Assembly (NCBI GenBank): GCA_964016885.1
Contig: OZ024741.1
Span: 167,834,001 to 167,898,000, forward strand
Source: Eledone cirrhosa
Lineage: Eukaryota
Direction: 5' to 3'
Length of the DNA: 64,000 nucleotides
Below the pieces are notes generated by a model. That model had not been told where the DNA came from and did no database searches. It saw only the letters and a program-made list of their open reading frames with translations. The position numbers and the translations under genes were made by a program. This document shows, piece after piece, positions 26,201 through 38,910 of the stretch; the stretch's first letter is position 1; every line of letters begins with the position of its first letter.

Positions 26201-26689
26201 GAAGTGATATTATTACACACCACATGATAAAATAAAGTACCAGTAATGCACTGGAATAATTGCTGGCCTTGTGGCAAAAGTAGAAACAATTATTACACAC
26301 CACACTCTTTCCGAAATACAAACAATTATAGAATGTATTGTTCACTCAGTAAAGTTGTTTTAAATGATCTCTTTATATAAATGTATATTAGGTGTAATTA
26401 ATTTTAGACATATGTAGAAAATATTGGGATTTCAGATCGTATCCCAAAAAACGACAAACACTACAGAAAAAAAAAAATTTTCTGTGTTAATTCAAATAAC
26501 AGCGGAAAATAATATATTCAAATAATATCTTTTAAAAATACCGTTTTCTTTTTTTTTTTGTCTCTTAAAAACACAACTTCTATAGATGCATCTGTGATTT
26601 CTCTAGACATATGTAGAAAATAAGCTTTGATGGTAACATATATCATTTGCTAAAGAACGCATTTGCTAAAGAACACATTTGCTAAAGAA

Positions 26690-26897
26690 AGCATGGTGTC
26701 AGACTCTCTACCCATACTGCCAATCTAATAATTGTTTCTACTTTTGGCACAAGGCCAGCAAATTACCCAGTGTATTACTGGTACTTTATTTTATCGACCC
26801 CGTAAGGATTAAAGGCAAAGTTAACCTTGGCGGGATTTGAACTCAGAATGGCAAGGGCCGTAACTCTATGCGTCAAAGCATGGCGTCCGACCCTCTG
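26690..26897 (-). mobile_element. SINE family A inside the Helitron
   Basis: High similarity to 2442-2627. Confidence 0.88.
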
Positions 26898-27065
26898 TAA
26901 AAATAATAAATAACTAAAAGTTAATGAATGCTAGCCACTTTCCCTCTCTCCCATCCCATTACTCTCTCTCTCTCTTTATTTCTCTCTCACTACGGAATAG
27001 AGAACAAAAAATAAAGAAAAGATAAATAACGTTAAGGAAGCAGGAGAGTTAAAAAGTGTGTTAAA

Positions 27066-27255
27066 ATAATTGTTTCTACTTTAGGCACAAGGCCAGCAAT
27101 TACTCAGTGCATTACTGGTACTTTATTTTATCGACACCGTAAGGATGAAAAGCAAAGTCAACCTCGGCGGGATTTGAACTCAGATCGTAAAGGGACGTAA
27201 CTATGATAGAAAGCATGGCGTCCGACCCTCTACCGATACTGCCAATCCACCGCCC
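27066..27255 (-). mobile_element. SINE family A with ~17-bp TSD
   Basis: Flanked by aagtgtgttaaaataat (27054-27070) and aagtgtgtaaaaataat (27257-27273). Confidence 0.9.
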
Positions 27256-29237
27256 TAAGTGTGTAAAAATAATAAATAAAAGTTAAGAACGCTGGTTACT
27301 TTCCCTCTCTCTCTCTCATCCCCTTACTCTCTTTCTCTCTCTCATCCATCTCCCACTCTCTCTCTCACCCCCTTACTCTCACTCTTTCTCTCCCACTCTT
27401 TCTTTCTCTCTCCCATCCCTCCCTCTCTTATCTACAGACTGGAGAACATAAAAAAAAATGGATGATCTCTTTTGATATTCATTAGAAAATAAAATAAATT
27501 GAATTTAAATGAATTCATTGCTTTGCAAAGTAAAACCTTTCCGACCGTTACCTGTCCGAGTGTATAGTGAATATGTACATGTAATTTTGAGGAGTTTGGT
27601 CCGGTAGTTTGCTAGTTTTAGGCAGACACACAGAATCGTAAACTTGCATTTATATATATATATAGAGAGAGATAGATAGATTAGTTAGTGTTTTCGTTCT
27701 GTAACCATTATAGTAAATGAATTTAAAAAAAAAAGAGTTAATAAATAAATAAAACGTTATACCTCTTTTACCCTCCCATTTCCAATTTCACCGAACGCTG
27801 CTATCATGACTATGTGTGTGTTTGTGTAAATGTATGTATATTTGTGTGAAAGTATGTGAATTATGTCCGTGAGTGTGTATTTTTATAAGTTTGTGTTTGC
27901 GCAATTATAGTTATATACTCATAAATATAGATGTATGTATGTGCACACTCATACGCGTCGGCGTGTAGAAAATCATAATCTCTCTATCTCTCTCATCACA
28001 CACTCTCTCTATATATATGGTAGTTGAAGTGGTGGTGATGGCGACGATATACCGGAAGTACAATTTTGAAAAGAAGTCAATTTTAAATTATTTATTTTTA
28101 CGAAATTATTTATGTTTACTAAATTTAGTAGATAAATTATGTAATATTCATTCATTATTTATTCAAAGTAATCCAACTTATTTTACTAACTGGATTAAAA
28201 TAAATAAACCGTACGCAGTCCCGCAGACCTTCCTTTATTATAGATTAGATTCTCTTCAGAAACATCATTGCTTTTCTATTTTTGTAAGTTAGTAAACAAA
28301 CAGACATTACAATATTTTCATTATTTTTGCAAATATTTTTCAATAATGAAAAAACGGAATGCAATTATAAGACGTATTAGTTCTCTATAATAAATAAATA
28401 CAAATGAATAAATCATTATCATCAACATGAATATATAAAAAAGTAATTAAATATATATGAAAGAGCTTAATAAAATTTAGACAATGGAAAACATTTAAAC
28501 AAATAGAATTGATAAACATTTTCTAATAAGATATTGACTGTATGTTGGAAAATTGTTTTTGTTTTATTTAAAAAGAAAATCCCCCTCCCCAAAAAACAAC
28601 AAAAATGACAAAGAGCATTTTCAATGTCATTCTCAAATGACACTTTATCTCCTGCTTGTGCATTTCGTTATATCTTTCTCACTCTTTTTTCCTCTCGTCC
28701 ATGGAGAGTTCTTCAAATGAGAAATACTGCTAAAAACTGTTTGTTTTTTTGTTATTAAGAACAAATATGACCATCTTTGCTTAAATACATCACAATGAAA
28801 TTGAAAACAATTCCATGAAATAATGTTAATAATTTTATACCATTATTTTCATTTCTAGATTTGACTTCATTTATTTGCATCTCTTCAATTTAGTTTAATT
28901 CATTTCATAAACAATTAATATATAAACAAGGAAAAAAAAAAGGAAATGAGTGAATGACTTTTACAGAATTACTAATGGTACTTTATGTAATGGTATAAAA
29001 TAGGCGTTCACAATCCAAGGATCGACAAAGGTAGAACTGAGGGTCTATGAGCTAAGTTCAAATTTTTGACTACTTTCTCATCAACATTATATACAATACA
29101 TTGGGTATGCATTCTTCTCTATGGATAAGCATTTTTACTTTTGTTTGTTATTCTCACTGGATAACACTTCCAAGTACTTTTATAAAAACATAATATACAC
29201 ACACTATTAGGTATCCATTCTTCTCTAAGTATGAACA

Positions 29238-30085
29238 TTCTTCTTCTTCTTCTTCTTCTTTTTCTTCTTCTTCTTCTTCTTCTTCTTCTTCTTCTTCTTC
29301 TTCTTCTTCTTCTTCTTCTTCTTCTTCTTCTTCTTCTTCCATATATACCTAAGAGGGCTGTGGGGGTAGAGTCCTCAAACATTCCTTCCAGTGGGTCATA
29401 TCAGAAACAACCATCTCTAACTCCCCAAGCAAGACCAGCCAAGCACATGGATGTTATCCAACCATCTTGCTTGGGGTCTACCTCTGGGTCTCTTGCCAGT
29501 TGGTTTTGCCAATAAAACCTGTCTAGCGATTTTTTCCTGAGACATTCTAACCACATGCCCATAGTATCTGAGCTGTAATCTTTCAATTCGGAGAAGTAGC
29601 GGCTCTACCTGGAGTGACACTCTGATCTTCAAGCTACACAATTTATTGAGTACTCCAAAGACCCTTTGAAGGAATTCCGCCACTTGTATTTGCAATCGTA
29701 TTCTTTTGGTCATTACCCAAGATTCATGACCATAGGTAAGGGTTGGCACGATTACTGAATTGAAGATAGTGAGTTTGGCTTTTATGTGTACCTCCCTTCT
29801 TCTAATTGCTGAATGCTGAAGCTGGCGCATTACTGCACCAGCTCCTGCAATTCTTGCATTTAATTCAGCCTTCTGACTTCCATCACTTGTGAACACAGCC
29901 CCAAGATACTTGAACTTCTTTACAGGCTTCAATGGAATTCCATTCACAAGTAAAGTGCACTGTATAGGCTTCCTTGAGAGGATGAGTGTCTCAGTTTTTG
30001 CAGCACCTTTTTTCATTCCAACCATGCAGCACTTGGCATCAAACCTATCGAGTGCAAGTCGGAGATCATTTCTCTCACTTGGATA
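29238..30085 (-). mobile_element. 5'-truncated RTE LINE with expanded (GAA)n tail
   Basis: FKYLGAVFTSDG..PTLTYGHESW..LRYYGHVVRM..GKRPRGRP..WLD; (TTC)n at 29238-29339 is its 3' tail. Confidence 0.88.
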
Positions 30086-30709
30086 TTATTGTCATTGAAT
30101 AACAATTTCAAGTATATTGTAAAAACATAATATACACACACTATTGGGTATCCATTCTTAAGCATTTTTCTTTTTTGATTGTTTTTGTTGCCATATAGTA
30201 GTCTAGGAGGGGAATAATTGTTGCAAGGGACTGGGAAATTGTTTTTGAATAAAAGGAGTCTTTGGTAGTGAAAAGGTTGGGGAGGCATCTATTTAGGGGA
30301 TTCTAAGTTCTTTAAGTTGTAGACATAATCCATTGCTTAGTTTAACACCATCACCTAGCTATTGGGAGCTTTTATATATCATGGACCCAGAACTTTTGAT
30401 GGAATTGTAAGGACACTTTGGTGATACATGGTGAGTCATGGGCATTTTAAACTTGGTGGAATCAACCCCTCTCCAGGTCTAGGTATAGCCAATACTTCCA
30501 GAGAAAGTGATAAGAGGAAAGAGATATAGAAGAAGGATCAATTCCAGTACAGACCAGGTACTTTTGTTATTGACCTCAAAAAGTTAAAAAGCAAAGTTGA
30601 CCTTCCTTCATATATATATCGAAAACTTAAGCAGCAGAATAAAGGAGCCTCCCTGCTATGCTGTTACTCAACTTGATAGTAATAACAGCCAACTCTTTTT
30701 CAAATGACA

Positions 30710-31005
30710 CCATAAAATGGTCTAGTGATATGGGTGTTGGACTTATGATCATAATGTTGTGGGTTTGATTCCTAGACTGGGTTGTGTATTGTGTTCTTGA
30801 GCAAAACACTTCATTTCACATTGCTCCAGTATACTCAGCTGAAAATGAGTACCAGCATCAGCGGGGGGGGGGGGGGGGGGTAACACTATAATGGACTGGC
30901 ACTCTGTCCAGGGGGAGTCTTGTAATCTCAGTCAATTAACACCATAGGATCCAGGACAAGAACTGGCCTGATGAGCCTCCAGGCTTGAGACAGACTTTAG
31001 ACTTT
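30710..31005 (+). mobile_element. tRNA-derived SINE family B
   Basis: tggtctagtg..ggtttgattcc head, cttgagcaaaacacttcatttcac, atggactggcactctgtccagggg; matches 52042-52313. Confidence 0.85.
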
Positions 31006-31209
31006 AGATTCCTGGAAACAAAGATAGGATTGTACTGATTGGAATGCCATTTTATCATAAGTTTATGCAATCAAGTTTAATCTGGGGCTATACAACAACA
31101 ACCTTATGAACAGTCTGGAGATTTGATAAAGTTGTTTGTATGGAAAGAGGGGTAAAAATAAAAGCTTACGAATTACATGTTGTTGGACCTCTGTCAGTAC
31201 CAACACCAA

Positions 31210-31500
31210 GTGTTCTAGTTGTTTGATCATTGGAACAGCTTGCTTGTGAAATTAACATGCAAGTGGTTAAACATTCTGCAGATTCATGCACATTTAACAT
31301 AGCTCTCAGGGAGATTCAGTGAGAAACAAAAAAACAAGACTAGCCCATATTACTACAAGTACAACTAATTTTTGTCAGCTAAGTGGACTGAAGCAACGTG
31401 AAATAAAGTGTCTTATTCAAAACATAATGAGCCAGTGAGAATCATCTGATGACCTTTTGGTCTTGGACCAAATACCTTATCTACTAAGCCATGTGTCATC
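31210..31500 (-). mobile_element. SINE (B-like head plus family C body)
   Basis: Reverse-complement similarity to 32303-32600 and 11700-11880. Confidence 0.7.
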
Positions 31501-32302
31501 ACAACAGATTGCATACTTGTACACTTAGATGAAAAACATGAATTAGGGAATTATAGACCATTAAATATGGAATTGTGATAAAAAGGTTTTTATCAGGAGA
31601 ACAAAAAAACAAAATAAAAAATAAATATATTAAAATCAACAACAAGCGTTTTAAGGTCGTTTTGTGGACCTACTGACAAGCTTCTCTATTTCCCCTCTAG
31701 TCTGCATCCTCTTCACCAACTCCTTGACTTTCATTTCCTCCTCCACCATCTTTAACCATGTTTTTATTGGTCTTCCCACATTTATCTCCATCATTCCTCT
31801 ACCCCTGTCACTTTCAATGACCCAACCATCCCACTACATTTCTCTTCGCAACATCACTGGTTCTACTCCTATCACTCCTTTCACCCAGTCACTTTCATCC
31901 ATTTCTCTTCACAAGAACCATCATTGGTTTTACTCCTACCAGTGCTCTTACCCAGTCACTTTTAGCATAAAAAAAATGATAATGAGGTAAATGGAAGAAG
32001 AATATTGCTGGCCCAATATAGTATAGAATTGAGGCCAGCAATTGTGTTAAGAATAAAGTAATTGACATTAATACCTTTGCTGTGAAGTTATAAGCTTTAC
32101 TGTATTGGACAGGAAATTAGTAAGGCTACAGAGACAACAAGATATTTAATGAGTGTATTGAGAATGTAGCGCCAAAAAGAAGACATTGTCAGATTGATAT
32201 TTACTATAAGCAATAGGATGAGTTGGAAGAAGACTTTATAACTAGAAAACTGATAGAACATACTACATTTGCTTTGCTATATATTTCTGTTTACAGAGTG
32301 TA

Positions 32303-32600
32303 GGCAAATGGCTGAGTGGTTAGGGTGATCAGCTCACTATCGTAAGGTAATGAGTATGATTCCCACAGTTACGTTGTGCCCTTGGGCAAGGCACTTCATT
32401 TCATGTTACTCTAGTCCATTCAGCTAGGAAAATGAGTTGTGTCCTTAATTCAAAAAGCTACATTTGTCACACCCTGTGCCATGTAAAATTTGTATGAGAA
32501 TTATGTTAAGGGTACATGTGTCTGTGAAATACTCAGCTACTTAGTTTCTTGTTTGAACAACTAGAACACTCTTCATTTCTTGTTTGAACAACTAGAACAC
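32303..32600 (+). mobile_element. SINE (B-like head plus family C body)
   Basis: tggctgagtggttagg head, cccttgggcaaggcacttc, gttaagggtacatgtgtctgtg. Confidence 0.75.
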
Positions 32601-33171
32601 TCTTCATCAGACAGAGATGTAACACTTACATATATACACATGCATGGAGACATGTCTGTGTATATGTTTGTATATGTGGATGTATAGATGAGGTAGTATG
32701 CAATATTGTTCAACTCAGTAGGTAGAAAATCATGTTAAGGGTACACATGTCTATGGAATGCTCAGCCATTTACATGTTAATGAAATGAGAAGGCAGTTCA
32801 GTTGTTTGAACAATTAGAATAGTCATTCTCTGAACCAGGAGAAGCCCTACACCTCCACACATACACACATACATGTATGTAGGTGTATCTGTTGGGGTAT
32901 CGATGAGGTAGTATATAATATTCTTTAAATCGGTGAGTGAAAGAAAAAATGAGAGCAGAGATGGAATTAGTTTTAATTAAGTAGCAATGTTGGAAACTGT
33001 GAATTGATATTGATTGTTTCTAAATCCTATTACACTACTTCAAATATCTCAGAAATTGAACATTCTTCTACATATATAAAACATTACAAAACTAAGTAAA
33101 TGTGATGGAGTTGTCGAAACAGTAGTGTTGTTGTGGTTATTGTTGTTATTATTATTATTATTATTATTATT

Positions 33172-34015
33172 AAAGTGTAGAAACAATTATTATTATTAAA
33201 GACATTGGATTGGCAGTATCGGTAGAAGGTCGGACCCCAATGCTTTGCAGTATAGAGTTACGGTTCTTTATGATCTGAGTTCAAATCACGCCGAGGTTAA
33301 CTTTGCCTTTCATCCTTACGGGGTCGATAAAATAAAGTACCAGTAATACACTGAGTTAATAGCTGGCCTTATGCCAAAAGTAGAAACAATTATTAGATTG
33401 GCAGTATGGGTAGAGAGTCTGACACCATGCTTTCTAGCGTAGTTACGTCCCTTTACGGACTGAGTTCAAATCCCGCCGATGTTTACTTTGCCTTTCATCC
33501 TTACGGGGTCAATAAAATAAAGTACCAGTAATGTACTGGATATTGCTGGCCTTGTGCCAAAAGTAGAAACAATTATTATTATTAAAGGCATTGGATTGGC
33601 AGTATCGGTAGAAGGGCGGACAACAATGCTTTGCAGTATAGAGTTACGGCCCTTTATGTTTTGAGTTCAAATCCTGCTGAGGTTAACTTTGCCTTTCATC
33701 CTTACGGGTTCGATAAAATGTACCAGTAATGTACTGGGATAATTGCTCGCCTTGTGCCAAAAGTAGAAACAATATTATTATTATTATTGTAAGGGAGGTG
33801 GATTGGCAGTATTGGTGGAGCATCAGACACCATGCTTTGCTGCATTGAGTTATGGCCCTTTACGTTCTGAGTTCAAATCCTGCCAAGGTTAGCTTTGTCT
33901 TTCATCCTTATGGGGTTGATAAAATAAAGTACCAGTAATGTACTGAGGTCGATTTAATCAGCTTCCCCTCCCCGCAAAATTGCTGACCTTGTGCCTAAAT
34001 CCGAAACTATTATAA
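33172..34015 (+). mobile_element. Head-to-tail array of four SINE family A copies plus a tail fragment
   Basis: Copies start near 33201, 33396, 33587 and 33793, joined by (ATT)n tails. Confidence 0.92.
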
Positions 34016-34369
34016 TTATTGTTGTTTTGTTATTATTGTTGTTGTTGTTTAACTCCAGCTCAGTCCTGATCAAGAAGTCTCAAGATTAAAGGTGTGTCTT
34101 TTCACATCTCTCATGTTACTTACATTGTTCATGTGTCTGGCATCTAATACACATTGAGCATGTTGTCCCCTTTACTATTGACATATCATTCTCATAACTA
34201 ATCTCTTATCTCTCCTCCTTGATAAGTTTTGTATGCATAATTTTGATATTTGAGTTCCCTTAGTTGAGCTATTTATGTTATTTGCCAATATGTTAGAGAA
34301 GCAACCTGAAACTACTGATCCATAGTTCTAATTCTTTCATAAGCAGAGCAAGATGGAAAGCCTATTATT

Positions 34370-35520
34370 TCGACAAGGTGAACACCAGAGATTCCAACAC
34401 TACCAAGAATACATATAGATTTAAGACATACAGGAACCCACTGCATAACATACTATTGTACCCCTTTGAGAAGGATCTATTTAAAATGATAAGGAATATA
34501 CAGTTTAAAAAGAAGTCTGCTTATCACAATAGCTTTCTGAACTCTTTAAACACCACCATCAAGAATATTAGAGACAATAAACATATACATGTAATGTCAG
34601 ATAAAAAAAAACTTATACATTATGAATATTGAAACTTACAACTCTTTTATCTTTAAAGAGCTTAACAAGAATTACAAAAATCGAACTTATCTACCCTCAA
34701 TGAAATTAATAATAAAGCTAAGGCTATTGTGAAGGATTTAGATATTGATAAATACACAGGCCCCTATAAACCTATGACCTCTAGATTTTCTCTGAAAGAC
34801 CATAAATGCAACATTTTAGAAAACCCCTCTGTTAGGCTTATAAGCCCTTCTACATCTGATATTGGTCAAATTAGCAAGTGTATCCTTGACCGTATCATAC
34901 CTAAATTAAAAGACAGAATTTGCTTTAAACATTGGCTTAATACTGACCAGGTTATTGCCTGGTTTGTTAGCATCTTAAATTTATACAATTTTACATCGAT
35001 AACAACTCTGCCTCTATATCCTCTATTTTACTAAATAAAGCCCTAATCTTAGCTAGAATTAACACTGATTTATCTAAGAAAGAAACAGACATTATATTGA
35101 CTGTTACACGCACTATAATTGAGTTTAATGGTTGTTATTGGACTAGGACTAATAGACCAGATAACTTTGACATCACTATGGGGGTCAACTGACTCGGCAC
35201 AAGTTACATACCTTGTGGGATTTTACCTACTACACAAGCTAAACGAGGATTTACCCTCTCTGCAAGGAGGTTTATACAGAGACGATGCTCTCTTTACGAT
35301 AGATAACTTGAACACACGTAGAATAGAGATTCTTAAGAAGCATTGCATACATTAAAAAAAGTGTTGGTCTTTCTATTACAATTGAGTCTAACCACAAGGT
35401 CGTTAATTTCCTTGACGCTACTTTGGACCTTGATACAGGACTCTACCATCCTTATCATAAACCCGGTGAGCTCTTAACTATATTAATAGTCTCCACCCAC
35501 CTCTATTCTTAAATCTATTA
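34370..35520 (+). mobile_element. Penelope-like element reverse-transcriptase relic
   Basis: LKDHK..NPSVRLISP..SDIGQISK.ILD, W.NTDQVI.WF, GSTDSAQV..LVGFYLL, GGLYRDDAL, VNFLDATLDL..YHPYHKP. Confidence 0.85.
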
Positions 35521-35524
35521 AAGC

Positions 35525-35828
35525 TCCCCTAACCTTTTCCAACCCGTTCTTACTCTTGCAACTGTGCTTTCTGCACAGCCACACCTGCAGCCAATTTGGT
35601 CCCCCAGATAGAAGAATCTATTAACTATTTCTATGGATCTTCTATGCATTTGAAGGAGCATGCTATCTTAAGGTCTTTGCCTACTACCCCTGTGTAGGGT
35701 TCACATATGAAGTCCATGTTTTTCGCTAGCCTGCCTGTTTTTCCACTACATCTCTTATGTACCCAATGTCTGCATTTGGGACACTGGATAGAGTGTCTGC
35801 CTACTACCCCTTTCTTGCATACTTAGCA
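35525..35828 (-). mobile_element. RTE PHD-region fragment
   Basis: SIQCPKCRHWVHKRCSG..FYLGDQIG..ARVRTGWK. Confidence 0.8.
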
Positions 35829-36266
35829 TATATTGTTATATTTGGGAAGAGTCACATTGTTATAATATTGCCAGATGTAATCGAAACAATCTCAACATAC
35901 ATAAGTTCCTAGAAAATTCTGGCTACAATACAATTGTTATTTCCCTGGGAAAACCCTTTGTGAAACTGATTATGTGTATGTGAAACTAACTCATTAGCTG
36001 CAGGAAGAGTCCCAAAAGAATGTCGCTTAATCTTTGACAAAACAGAATCTCTTCCAACTAATTCCATCACACAAAATTGAATCAATAACATCATCATCAC
36101 CACCACCAACAACACAAATGTTGGTCAGTTAATCCAACAATATCCTCTATATTTCCTATATTGGAATTCTTTCAAACTGCTTGTTTTACCTCCAAATTCT
36201 ATGTTGGCTTCTATTTTGTCTTCATCTCTCTATTTCATACATTCTCTCATCCCTTGGGAGCTCTTT

Positions 36267-36298
<32 letters not shown>

Positions 36299-37129
36299 CC
36301 ATATAAACGTGCTCACGAAGACCCGGCTACCATCATCCAATGCCCCCTTCACTAGTACTCCTTAACACACCTTAGTAGCTACTCTCTCCATCCCTGAACA
36401 CAGTCACCCCACCTATTACCCCTCCACAGCTATTATTTCCATCTCTATACCCTGCCCAAATCCTGATACACTCAGTGAGTATCTCTCTATGCTATCGACC
36501 ATTCACCGCCCTGCCACTATCATCTTTTAGCTATTACTCACCATCAGTACTCACCCCTTATCCAAAATCCTGACATATCTGTGACTACTTCCTCTCACTC
36601 TTGGAGGTTACTCCTTCCCTCCTTCTCATCACCCTGTTGAATCCCACTGCCCATACCATACATCCAGAACATCATACATAAATCTCTTCCCTTGACCTAG
36701 AGCAGAGAGGGTGCTTTTGTTTGGACAATAACGAACAACCTCTGTAGTGTTGGTGCCATTAAAATGCATCCATTATATTCTGTAAGTCGGTTGGTGAAAA
36801 GAAGGGTACCCTGCTAAAAAGAGTCAAGAGGACCCTTCGGTTCTGTCAACAGCATGGCAACCTCTCTAGTGTTGGGGAACTACATGATAAACACACCTAG
36901 TACATGCTGTGAAATGGTTGGTGATAAGGAAGGTGTCCAGCCATAGAAACCTTGCAAAGGGCAAAGGTTTTAGAGGACCCTTTAGTTGTCAAGAGCATGG
37001 ACCCTTCCTATGATTGAAGACACTTATATCACTGACGCTCTTCCCTCGATTACTCCTGTGCATCTTCTACATACAAAGTCATCTCTTTGATTGATTCTTT
37101 AACCCAATAACTGTCAACTTCAATAGTTA

Positions 37130-37775
37130 CTTCTCTTGAGTAAGTTGTGGGTAGTCTCTCTTTCTCTCATTCATTCTCTACATTCATCAATCTCTCATAG
37201 TAACATTTCCAGGCCTCTTTCGTTTGGACATCAATAGTGCTAAGTGCACCAGCATAATTTCTAATACATTTTCCTCAACAACATCTCTATTTACACTAAC
37301 ACACTGCCTTGCAATGCAGAACACTTCATATCTCTGGTCCTCATGTCACAAGACATTGGCAAACTCTATTTTTTCATCCCCCATTCGAACTGTGTATACC
37401 TATTGTCTAGCTTCTCTTTTAGCTACCTGGTATTGGTCTGTGCTACCCCCATTTCACAGTCTTTCCATGCCTGTCTCTTACCTTTGATGACTCTATCCAC
37501 AGTGCTGTTCCACCATCTGGTCACCCTCTGTCTAGCTGGTGCTTTACTCCAGCCACAGATCCCTTAATTAGTTTGCAAAGGGTTGACATATATGTACCTA
37601 GCTTGTCGTCCCTCTTATCTACAGTATCATGTAGGTCCTTACTAAACCTATTTTTAACTGAAAGGTTCTTTAGCTTCCAAATCCGCCATCTCCATATTTT
37701 CCTGCGTATCTTGTTCTGTCTTGTATTTATTTTGATGATGCAAATAACTAACTTGTGTTGAACGGTGCATTGTTA
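37130..37775 (-). mobile_element. RTE fragment (region between APE and RT)
   Basis: CGWSKAPARQRVTRWWNSTVD.. and IARQCVS.NRDVVEE; homologous to 58700-59300. Confidence 0.8.
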
Positions 37776-37789
37776 CCCCCCTCCCACAC

Positions 37790-38445
37790 ATCATCATCAT
37801 GATCACCATTTAATGTCCATTTTTCAATGCTGGCATGGGTTAGATGAGTTATCCTGTTATAAGCAATGCCAGGTCAGGTGAACATGTATTGCTCATACAG
37901 AATGGATTTTGGCTTGATTTCTCCAGCTGGATGCCCTCCCTAGCCCCAACCTCATTTACCATTAGTACTGAGTGATTTTCATTAAGGCCTATATGACCAC
38001 TTTACAGTGTGAACTGGGTGTTTTTTGCCATGACACCTACACGACCACTTTACAGTGTGGATTGGGTGTTTTTTGCCATGACACCAACATGACCACTTTA
38101 CTGTGTGGATTGGGTGTTTTTTGCCATGACACCTACACGACCACTTTACAGTGTGGATTGGGTGCTTTTTGTCGTGACACCTACACGACCACTTTACGGT
38201 ATGGATTGGGTGCTTTTTGCCATGACACCTACAAGACCACTTTACAGTGTGGGCTGGGCGCATTTTGCTGTGTTGCCATCACAACCACTTTACAGTGTGG
38301 GCTAGAGGCTTCATTGGATATATACTTCAGCTTGTACTCATGAGAGATATATGGGAGTGAGAGGGGTGGGGCTTACTATATATATGCTTCAGCCTGTGCC
38401 CATAGGAAGGCAGGTCTTCTGTATTACTTCTGTAGATCTCGGTCC
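37790..38445 (-). mobile_element. RTE-3'UTR-related SINE containing a 48-bp tandem array (37990-38305)
   Basis: About 7 copies of acgaccactttacagtgtggattgggtgttttttgccatgacacctac inside an element that shares the RTE tail. Confidence 0.85.
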
Positions 38446-38619
38446 TATATATATATATATGTATATAATTCGTTTTTGAATTTGTTTTGTGAGATTTCTT
38501 ATCTGAAAATGTGTGTTGAAACAGATATTATTATATTTTGGCAGGGTCATGCTGCTAATAAAAACACACGCACCTGTTGGTTTTCACTTCAATTTATTAT
38601 ATATATATGTATACATATT

Positions 38620-38910
38620 GGCGTCATGCAGTAAAACAGAAGACCCGACTTCCCACGGGTACGAGCTGAAGCTGAAGCATATAGACAATATGCCCTCCCA
38701 CTACAAAGTGATCGTGGAGGTGTCACAACAAAAAAGCACTCAGCATACACTGTAAATGAGAATGGTGTTAGGAAGGGCATCCAGCTGTAGAAATCAAGCC
38801 CAAATCAGCAAGACAATGTCACCCAACTTGGCATTGCCCACAACAGGCAACCCAACTAACCCATGTTAGCATGGAAGAATGGATGTAAAACGGTGATGAT
38901 GATGGTGATA
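38620..38910 (+). mobile_element. RTE-3'UTR-related SINE
   Basis: ggtgttaggaagggcatccagctgtagaaa..ccatgttagcatgga..gatgatgat. Confidence 0.8.

Larger units (their letters stand above)
20947..27666 (-). mobile_element. Full-length decayed autonomous-type Helitron (~6.7 kb)
   Basis: 5' end tc-tatatatatataaatgcaag..ctgtgtgtctgcc..actaccggacc near 27666. 3' end acctgggtatcaccgggtagctcagCTAG|t, with subterminal hairpin, at 20947. Contains a Rep-Hel ORF. Confidence 0.9.

Noticed and set aside
29119-29515. Poly-Arg, poly-Glu and poly-Leu ORFs
   Set aside because: Translations of the (GAA)n LINE tail.
32002-32042. Small hairpin attgctggcc..ggccagcaat
   Set aside because: Short, and it matches a SINE tail motif; no evidence of function.
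35940-36000. CUAAUGA...GAAA on the minus strand as a hammerhead
   Set aside because: No pairing for stem II, and it is not conserved in the 41760 copy.
37972-38343. Cys/His repeat ORFs as metal-binding proteins
   Set aside because: They derive from a 48-bp VNTR inside a SINE or LINE 3' UTR.
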